NCBI GenBank assembly: GCA_016700135.1
Contig: CP065004.1
Location: forward strand, 1,140,001-1,172,000
DNA: 32,000 nucleotides
From: Candidatus Saccharimonadota bacterium
Lineage (GTDB): Bacteria > Patescibacteriota > Microgenomatia > UBA1406 > GWC2-37-13
Direction of reading: 5' to 3'
Shown here: positions 25,986 to 32,000 of the stretch, piece by piece
How positions within the stretch are numbered: the first letter of the stretch is position 1
Layout: each line of letters starts with the position of its first letter
Translations under genes and position numbers: made by a program
Notes under the pieces: generated by a model
Told to the model about the DNA's origin: nothing
The model's input: only the letters and a program-made list of their open reading frames with translations
The model's database searches: none

Positions 25986-26059
25986 GCGGGATTAGTACAC
26001 CGGTAGTATGCATCCTTCCCAAGGATGAGAAGCGAGTTCGATTCTCGTATCCCGCTCCA
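25986..26059 (+). tRNA. tRNA-Gly (anticodon CCC), with CCA encoded
   Basis: GCGGGATTAGTACACCGGTAGTATGCATCCTTCCCAAGGATGAGAAGCGAGTTCGATTCTCGTATCCCGCTCCA. Acceptor stem GCGGGAT/ATCCCGC, anticodon loop TT-CCC-AA, T-loop TTCGATT, discriminator U. A TATAAT box at 25971-25976 lies 9 nt upstream. Confidence 0.9.
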
Positions 26060-26087
26060 TTTTTAATTACTGCGATATTTTTTTAAC

Positions 26088-26450
26088 GTGCAAAATTCAA
26101 CAAAAAAACACAGAATCTACTCCATGACGTTTGCAAGTGTATACCCTCTGTATATAACAAAAGCCGAGAAAAAAGGCCGAACAAAGGACGAAGTGGATGA
26201 AATAATTCGTTGGTTAACTGGTTATAATCAGCAAGCTCTTGATACGCAACTGAAGGAAAAAGTAGATTTCGAGACATTTTTTGCTAACGCTCCTCAACTT
26301 AATCCGAAAAGATCGTTAATAAAAGGCATAATTTGCGGCGTCCGAATAGAAGAGATAGCGGATTCCCTTATGCGTGAAATTCGATATCTGGATAAACTGG
26401 TTGATGAACTTGCAAAAGGAAAACCGATGGAAAGCATTTTAAGAAAGTAA
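26088..26450 (+). CDS. DUF2200 family protein (GTG start)
   Basis: '[40 protein letters not shown]' matches my recollection of the DUF2200 N-terminal signature. Confidence 0.65.
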   Translation: MQNSTKKHRIYSMTFASVYPLYITKAEKKGRTKDEVDEIIRWLTGYNQQALDTQLKEKVDFETFFANAPQLNPKRSLIKGIICGVRIEEIADSLMREIRYLDKLVDELAKGKPMESILRK

Positions 26451-26470
26451 CGGCAGAAGGTATCGGACTG

Positions 26471-28258
26471 TTATAGATCTTTACTTACCTTCTTATTCCT
26501 CTCAATATAATATGCGCTCATGATATAACCTATATGAGAAAATGCCTGCGGATAATTGCCGAGGTATTCATGAGTCTTTTCATCGATTTCTTCTGCAAGC
26601 AAACCCTGCTTGTTCATGAGATCTTCTACTTTCCTGAATAGTTCCGCAGACTTTTTCACTTCACAGATTTTCGCAAGCGCTGAGATATACCAGAATGTGC
26701 AAAGGAGAAATGCACCTTCAGTACCTTGTAAGCCGTCTTCACTGAAATACCGGTACACAAACACATCGCTGTGAACAAGTTCATTCGCAGTTTTTTCGAT
26801 TATCTTTCTCGTTTTTTCATCTGATGTCTTCAAAAACCCGAACAAGACAAAAAGATAATTCGTCGCATCCATATGCAGAGTTCCCGGGTATTGCTTCAGG
26901 ATTCCTTGTGATTTATCGTAGCTGTTTTCCCAGATCCACTCATGAATCTGTTTTTCCAATCGTGCATAGCGTTCAACTTCATGCTCCTTAAGTCCTATTT
27001 TGTCGTGTATCTTAAGTGCGCGGTTGACTCCGACCCAGCACATCACTTTGCAGTATGTATAATGCTGCTTTCCGCTCCGCACTTCCCAAATACCGTTGTC
27101 TTTCTCATCCCACAAATGTTCAATTCTGGTGAGAAGATATCGGATCATTTTCTTATTTTCATCAGTTAGCTCTGCGCCGAGGGAACAAACAAAGTAATAC
27201 GCATCAATAAGTGCGCCGTATGTGTCGAGCTGAAACTGCTCCATTGCGCCGTTTCCGACACGTACCGGCTTTGAGTTCCGATAACCTGACAAATGATCAA
27301 GATATGTTTCTTCAGGGACATGTTCGCCGTGTATGGTGTACATAAGCTGAATATCATGCTCGCTTTCACGATCGAATTCGGTCACATTTTCAATAAAGGA
27401 AAAGAATTTCATTGCTTCATCGACATACCCGAGAATATACAATGCATACAAAATAAATGTTGAATCACGTACCCATACATACCGATAATCCCAGTTTCTC
27501 AAACCGCCGATTTGTTCAGGCAGTGACATGGTAGGTGCAGCCACGATACCCCCGGTCGGGTAAAACTGCATGAGTTTCAAAGTGATTGCGGACCGCACTA
27601 ATTTTTCTCTACTCTCGGGAATAAATCTGCCTTTTGAAACCCAGTCTTTCCAGAATTCCTCCGTTTCTTTTTCAAAATCTCCTCTCGGATGTACGGATAA
27701 TTCTCCTTTTTTGATATGTTCAAGGATCAACTGTTTTGATTCACCTTCACCTATCGGTATCCGAAGCAAGAAAGATCCGTTACTGCGGGAAATTGCCGTT
27801 CCTGTCGGAAGGAAAAGAATAAAGCGGCCTTCTCCGCTCGTGAAGCTGATACGGGAACCGTCCTGATGCATATCTGCTGCTATTTTTCCGTATTCAGGAC
27901 GGGGTTGGAATCGAAAGATTACGGATCCCGAACCGGAGAGTCCTTCGATTTTCCGGACTAGAAGCTGTGTTCTGCATGAGGATGTCGGTTTGGGAAGCAT
28001 AAAGTCTTTCACACTGAACGATCTGTTTTCATTTGAGATCTTATGAGAAACGATTGCAGTCTCGGGAACATACGATGAAGCGACGTTATATTCGGGCATT
28101 TCGACGGAAAACGTGCCGCCGTTCTCATCAAGGATTCTGCCGAAAATACTTGTAGAATCAAAGTACGGCAGACACATCCAGTCAATGGAACCCCCGGAAG
28201 AAACCAGAGCCGCCGTCTGCAAATCGCCAATGAGAAAATAGTCTTCGATGCGGTTCAT
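26471..28258 (-). CDS. Glycoside hydrolase family 15 (glucoamylase/trehalase-like). Start moved to ATG 28258.
   Basis: 'IGDLQTAALVSSGGSIDWMCLPYFDS' and 'LRNWDYRYVWVRDS' are GH15 hallmarks. A TATCAT box lies 6 nt upstream of ATG 28258. Confidence 0.85.
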   Translation of the reverse strand: MNRIEDYFLIGDLQTAALVSSGGSIDWMCLPYFDSTSIFGRILDENGGTFSVEMPEYNVASSYVPETAIVSHKISNENRSFSVKDFMLPKPTSSCRTQLLVRKIEGLSGSGSVIFRFQPRPEYGKIAADMHQDGSRISFTSGEGRFILFLPTGTAISRSNGSFLLRIPIGEGESKQLILEHIKKGELSVHPRGDFEKETEEFWKDWVSKGRFIPESREKLVRSAITLKLMQFYPTGGIVAAPTMSLPEQIGGLRNWDYRYVWVRDSTFILYALYILGYVDEAMKFFSFIENVTEFDRESEHDIQLMYTIHGEHVPEETYLDHLSGYRNSKPVRVGNGAMEQFQLDTYGALIDAYYFVCSLGAELTDENKKMIRYLLTRIEHLWDEKDNGIWEVRSGKQHYTYCKVMCWVGVNRALKIHDKIGLKEHEVERYARLEKQIHEWIWENSYDKSQGILKQYPGTLHMDATNYLFVLFGFLKTSDEKTRKIIEKTANELVHSDVFVYRYFSEDGLQGTEGAFLLCTFWYISALAKICEVKKSAELFRKVEDLMNKQGLLAEEIDEKTHEYLGNYPQAFSHIGYIMSAYYIERNKKVSKDL

Positions 28259-28287
28259 ATTGACATGATAACACAATAAGTCAGCTG

Positions 28288-28842
28288 CTAATATGTTTTA
28301 TTGGTTACTGCGTAATTCTTACCGTATCGAGTCACGGTACCGTTTGAACCGTTCCCGTTGCAGGTATGATCTCGTGCAAACTCAACATCAGATTGCTTGG
28401 CATTCTCAAGTGTTGCCGTAAGCGAATATACTTTTCCTCCTTCACAGATGTAAATCATATAACCCGGTTCTTGCCTTGGATCCTCAAGATGTGTTTCTTC
28501 TAAAAAGCCTTCATCATGAAGGGCCTGAATCACAGATCTACGATAATACCCTCCGTCAACATATGAAAGCCAGCCACATCCGCATTTCGGATCCGTCCAG
28601 TTGGCCCCGCCGTCAACGCGAAACGTACCGTGTGCGGCATAATACTGTTCGAGAGCTATTTGTACCTTTCGTAAATCAGCTTTTCGTTTAGTATCACGAC
28701 TATTTTTCATTACATTTGAATAGCTTCCGATACTGAGCGTCGAAAGTACTGAAATTATTGAAATGACGATAAGTAGCTCAACAAGAGTAAAGCTCTCTTT
28801 ATTTCTAAAACACTTATTTATATTATTGAGGAATTGCGCCAT
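28288..28842 (-). CDS. Type IV pilin / pseudopilin-like protein with a prepilin-type N-terminal methylation motif
   Basis: 'FTLVELLIVISIISVLSTLSI' (F1, E5) followed by 'RDTKRKADLRKVQIALEQYY'. C-terminal Cys-containing globular part. Confidence 0.8.
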   Translation of the reverse strand: MAQFLNNINKCFRNKESFTLVELLIVISIISVLSTLSIGSYSNVMKNSRDTKRKADLRKVQIALEQYYAAHGTFRVDGGANWTDPKCGCGWLSYVDGGYYRRSVIQALHDEGFLEETHLEDPRQEPGYMIYICEGGKVYSLTATLENAKQSDVEFARDHTCNGNGSNGTVTRYGKNYAVTNKTY

Positions 28843-28978
28843 CAAAAGGTTGTTGCGTATTTATAATTTCTTGAGGAATTGTTTTTTTGTTCGAGTTCTG
28901 GATGGACATGACAAGAATCGCAATAAGAACGATAACAGCACTTCCGACAAAGATACTGAGGAGCGTGGTAACTTTCAT
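28823..28978 (-). CDS. Uncalled 51-aa single-TM ORF (MKVTTLLSIFVGSAVIVLIAILVMSIQNSNKKTIPQEIINTQQPFDGAIPQ) upstream of and overlapping the pilin gene
   Basis: Translated by hand. A TATAAT box lies 6 nt upstream of its ATG. One clear TM helix. Its stop overlaps the pilin start by 20 nt. Confidence 0.4.
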   Translation of the reverse strand: MKVTTLLSIFVGSAVIVLIAILVMSIQNSNKKTIPQEIINTQQPFDGAIPQ

Positions 28979-28984
28979 AGAATC

Positions 28985-29017
28985 ATTATACAATATCTTT
29001 TTTGTATTGTATATAAT
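28985..29017. promoter_or_regulatory. Back-to-back divergent -10 boxes (TATAAT at 28985-28990 minus, TATAAT at 29012-29017 plus) embedded in an inverted repeat
   Basis: ATTATACAATA ... TATTGTATATAAT. The boxes lie 6 nt and 5 nt from the ATGs at 28978 and 29023. Confidence 0.5.
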
Positions 29018-29022
29018 GAATT

Positions 29023-30276
29023 ATGCTTGCAGAACCTCAGACCGGAACATATTCAAAAGATTCTTCCTACCGCAGTATAGTATCTGCCCTTTTTACCATT
29101 ATCACAGGTGCTCTTGCCGCTCTTATTGTTTATACCGCTCCTCAGTACTCTTTCGGTTCCGAACTGTTTCAAACATCTATGATCGAGCCGGTATCTCAAC
29201 ATTTTTCCGCTCCTCTTGAAAATACAAAAAAAGATTTAGAAAGAAGACAGATTATCGGATTTCTTCCGTATTGGGCAGTCGGGAACAAAGCTAAGGTGTA
29301 TCCGGAATACATGGATCAGATGATCTATTTCGGTCTGACCATGGATCAGTCAGGAAAACTCCAAACGGAAGATAAAAACGGAAACACGTTGCCCGAGTGG
29401 AACAGTCTCAACTCTGCTTATTTCAAATCCCTAAGAGAAAATGCCAGAAAAACCGATACGAAAGTACTTATCGCAATCAAGAACTTTAATAACGATGAAA
29501 TAAATACACTTATCAGTAACCCAACCTCCGTACAAACGGCAATACGTGAAATTAAAGCAATAATTACTGAGTACGAACTTGACGGAGTAAATATTGATTT
29601 CGAATATGTTACCCGTTCCGATTTTCCAACTCAGAAATTCTATAATCAGTTTCTCAAAATTCTGGCAGATGATTTACGGGAAGAAAAAGCTGATATCATC
29701 ATATCTTTTGATGTAAATGCCACAGCTGTATATGCCGACATGGCATATGACATGGTGAAGATTGGCGATACGGTCGATCAGGTGATCATTATGGGGTATG
29801 ATTATTCTCAGCCTTCATCTGTCGCTGCAGGACCCGTTTCTCCAATTGAGATGAACGACAATTCTCCAAGTCTCAGCCGGACCCTTGATTCATTGAAAGG
29901 CCGTGTTGAACCGGAAAAAACGGTTCTCGGCGTGCCTTTTTACGGATATGAGTGGCAGACACTGACTGATGATTTCCGAAGCAAGACGGTTCCTCATACA
30001 GGAGCGATTGCGACTTATAAACGTGTCAGGGAGCTTATTGCAAATAAAGAAACCGTATCTATTCAATATGATCCTGACAGTAAATCGCCTTGGATCACCT
30101 ATCGTCAGAACGGCCGGATCAAGCAAATTTACTATGAAGACGAGAAATCCCTTGAATCAAAAATTGAGTTTATTCATGACAGAGATCTGGCCGGGATAGC
30201 CATTTGGTCACTGGGATATGAAGGTGATTACATAGAGCCATGGATCGTGATAAAGGGAGGGATATGGCAGGAATAA
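29023..30276 (+). CDS. Membrane-anchored glycoside hydrolase family 18 (chitinase / peptidoglycan-hydrolase-like)
   Basis: Catalytic motif 'LDGVNIDFEY' (DxxDxDxE) and the N-terminal TM 'IVSALFTIITGALAALIVY'. Confidence 0.85.
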   Translation: MLAEPQTGTYSKDSSYRSIVSALFTIITGALAALIVYTAPQYSFGSELFQTSMIEPVSQHFSAPLENTKKDLERRQIIGFLPYWAVGNKAKVYPEYMDQMIYFGLTMDQSGKLQTEDKNGNTLPEWNSLNSAYFKSLRENARKTDTKVLIAIKNFNNDEINTLISNPTSVQTAIREIKAIITEYELDGVNIDFEYVTRSDFPTQKFYNQFLKILADDLREEKADIIISFDVNATAVYADMAYDMVKIGDTVDQVIIMGYDYSQPSSVAAGPVSPIEMNDNSPSLSRTLDSLKGRVEPEKTVLGVPFYGYEWQTLTDDFRSKTVPHTGAIATYKRVRELIANKETVSIQYDPDSKSPWITYRQNGRIKQIYYEDEKSLESKIEFIHDRDLAGIAIWSLGYEGDYIEPWIVIKGGIWQE

Positions 30277-30280
30277 AACG

Positions 30281-30289
30281 TGGTATAAT
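30281..30289 (+). promoter_or_regulatory. Extended -10 promoter TGgTATAAT upstream of tRNA-Thr
   Basis: TG at 30281-30282 and TATAAT at 30284-30289, 13 nt before the mature tRNA 5' end. Confidence 0.55.
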
Positions 30290-30302
30290 CTTTTAAAAGA
30301 AA

Positions 30303-30375
30303 GCCAATGTAGCTCAGTTGGTAGAGCAATGCTTTCGTAAAGCAGAGGTCGGGGGTTCGACTCCCCCCATTGGCT
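30303..30375 (+). tRNA. tRNA-Thr (anticodon CGU), no encoded CCA
   Basis: GCCAATGTAGCTCAGTTGGTAGAGCAATGCTTTCGTAAAGCAGAGGTCGGGGGTTCGACTCCCCCCATTGGCT. Acceptor stem GCCAATG/CATTGGC, anticodon loop TT-CGT-AA, T-loop TTCGACT. Confidence 0.9.
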
Positions 30376-30376
30376 C

Positions 30377-31093
30377 ATGAGATCCCGTCTGTATCAACAT
30401 AAACAGCATGAAAACAACAGAAAGTTGTTTGGATTGCTGCTTTTCATACTTATACTGAGCGTATTTATGGTCACGGTAGGATTTCGTTTGCTAATAAACG
30501 CGACAATATTTATAAGCGGTTTGATCAACCCGCAATCTGAGGAGACTGCACAGGAAAAGAATAAAGAAGATTTTTACGGAGTCTTTGATCTTGAAGAACC
30601 GCCCACTGCTACAAACTCTGCTCAAATATACGTTTCAGGAACTGTTGAAGATTTTGAGAAACTGGATATTTATATCAACAATACGAAAGCGGAGTCAGTG
30701 ACTGTAAAAGGGAAGAGCAGTTTTAATGAAAAGATCGGTCCTTTAAAACAAGGTGAAAATAAGATTTATGCCATTGCCAGATCCGGTACCGAACATTCAA
30801 AAGAATCTGAGACATATACAGTTTTTTACAAGAAAGAACCTTTAAAACTGGAAATCGAATCACCCTCAGCAGACATGAAAACGTCGACACAGGAACTGAG
30901 TATTAAAGGATTGACCGACCAGGGTGCATCACTTCGTGTAAACGGCCAACCGATTGTTGTTGACCTTTCAGGGGAGTTCAGTAGTACTTACCGGCTAAAA
31001 GACGGCGAAAATACCCTGCTGTTTGTAGCAACGGATGCAGCCGGAAATACCGTGGAACAGGAGCTGAAAGTCACGTATCAAAGAGAGGATTGA
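30377..31093 (+). CDS. Membrane-anchored protein with two Ig-like (Big-type) beta-sandwich repeats
   Basis: TM 'LFGLLLFILILSVFMVTVGF'. Two internal repeats each end in a 'GEN(K/T)(I/L)' strand ('YVSGTVEDF...GENKIYAIA' and 'LSIKGLTD...GENTLLFVATDAAGN'). The domain call is a pattern-level judgement. Confidence 0.55.
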   Translation: MRSRLYQHKQHENNRKLFGLLLFILILSVFMVTVGFRLLINATIFISGLINPQSEETAQEKNKEDFYGVFDLEEPPTATNSAQIYVSGTVEDFEKLDIYINNTKAESVTVKGKSSFNEKIGPLKQGENKIYAIARSGTEHSKESETYTVFYKKEPLKLEIESPSADMKTSTQELSIKGLTDQGASLRVNGQPIVVDLSGEFSSTYRLKDGENTLLFVATDAAGNTVEQELKVTYQRED

Positions 31094-32000
31094 GTTCTGT
31101 GACTTTTTCTATACCCTTCAAGTAGAAACAAAAGAAACAACAAAAACGGATGCAGCAGAACATTATCAAATACTGAAATCACGCTCAAAAGGACAATACC
31201 AAACATCATAAATTCTGATGTCCTGGCAAGACTGATAAGCATCCATATATACAAACCAAGACCGATCACGCCTCCGGTCACAAGTATGACTAAAAAGCTT
31301 GAATGAAACGCAGTACTGCCATGTGAAGGATTATAAGGTCCGTAAAACAACTGTTCTTCATATATGTCCTTTTCGTATCTAATGTGGTTGTAGCCTATTC
31401 CCGCTACAGGATTTTTTCTCCAAATCATAATTGCTTTTTCATAATCATTGATTCTGGCTTCGATTGAAGTTGTCCTCAATAAATTTATTCCTTCACTTGA
31501 GCCTTTGGGAATAAAAAGAAAACCGGCGACTAAGACCGCTAAGCCAATCAATACAGTTTTCCGGCTGAACCTCCTGATGACGTACAATACGCTGACTGCA
31601 ATCAGTGCCAACCCCCCCCCTCTTGAGTATGTCAGAAAACTCAGTATAAAAAGGGGAATTATAAATCCGAGTTTTTTCCAATCATGATTGCTTTGCAGTT
31701 CAAGCAGGTAAAATATCATGAGCAAAAGAAATACAGATACGGTCACGGGAGGATCAAAAAAAAGTCCTACCACCCGGTATAAATGAGGGTCCCAACCGAG
31801 ATAAGCCAGATTGCCGAGATTCTGATACAGGAAGTACTGAATAAATGAAGACAAAATAACCCAGACTGTGACTAGATTAAGAATAACAATAGGCCGTTTT
31901 GATTGCTTCTCATGAGTAAAAAAATAACTGACATACACATAAAAGATAAAATAAAGAAGAAGTCTAAGATAATACAAAAACGCAACGGTATTTTGTTCTA
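31078..32000 (-). CDS. O-antigen ligase / Wzy-like polytopic membrane protein, 5'-partial (frame open to the window end)
   Basis: Multiple TM helices and 'TYSRGGGLALIAVSV', typical of the O-antigen ligase (Wzy_C) family. No stop between 31977 and the window edge. Confidence 0.6.
   Translation of the reverse strand, partial: EQNTVAFLYYLRLLLYFIFYVYVSYFFTHEKQSKRPIVILNLVTVWVILSSFIQYFLYQNLGNLAYLGWDPHLYRVVGLFFDPPVTVSVFLLLMIFYLLELQSNHDWKKLGFIIPLFILSFLTYSRGGGLALIAVSVLYVIRRFSRKTVLIGLAVLVAGFLFIPKGSSEGINLLRTTSIEARINDYEKAIMIWRKNPVAGIGYNHIRYEKDIYEEQLFYGPYNPSHGSTAFHSSFLVILVTGGVIGLGLYIWMLISLARTSEFMMFGIVLLSVISVFDNVLLHPFLLFLLFLLEGYRKSHRTQSSL

Overview
This 32-kb window is a gene-dense bacterial chromosome segment of about 40% GC. 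GC values are hand counts on sampled lines. ORFs are intact under the standard code, with TAA, TAG and TGA all used as stops. The left edge (1 to ~1300) is a sharply different 55-60% GC block holding a DoxX-like membrane protein and a small secreted protein.

The backbone is housekeeping. An ~18-kb minus-strand run carries gatC-gatA-gatB, dnaE, a complete F-type ATP synthase operon (atpZ/I-B-E-F-H-A-G-D-C), topA, pyrG, rplS and yraN. It is followed by a CofE-like gene, htpX and lemA.

There are three tRNAs: Glu-UUC, Gly-CCC and Thr-CGU. The right-hand ~6.5 kb is a cell-surface/glycan cluster with a LysM protein, GH15, a type IV pilin-like protein, GH18, an Ig-like membrane protein and an O-antigen-ligase-like protein. 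Next to tRNA-Glu is a small accessory patch: a DUF218 protein, two orphan proteins sharing an N-terminal module, and a Doc-family toxin preceded by an uncalled 46-aa ORF. I saw no rRNA, CRISPR array, transposase or integrase.

Small protein sizes, the pilin type and scarce Shine-Dalgarno sequences resemble streamlined Patescibacteria/CPR-like genomes. That placement is inference only.

No single clear-cut novel system stands out. The signals most worth follow-up are:
- A pervasive leaderless start architecture, with a TATAAT box 5-7 nt upstream of the start codon at many operon-first genes. It also corrects several over-extended ORF-track starts.
- tRNA-Thr ending 1 nt before the ATG of a membrane protein gene.
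- A remodelled ATP synthase: a ~65-aa poly-acidic insertion in subunit a, a delta subunit lacking its N-terminal domain, and a non-GxGxGxG c subunit.
- A Doc toxin whose uncalled upstream ORF shares an exact heptapeptide with the toxin, encoded by different synonymous codons.
- Two copies of a TIR-bounded palindromic element and a heptad-repeat array inside atp intergenic spacers.
- The high-GC block at the left edge, which is either horizontal transfer or an assembly chimera.
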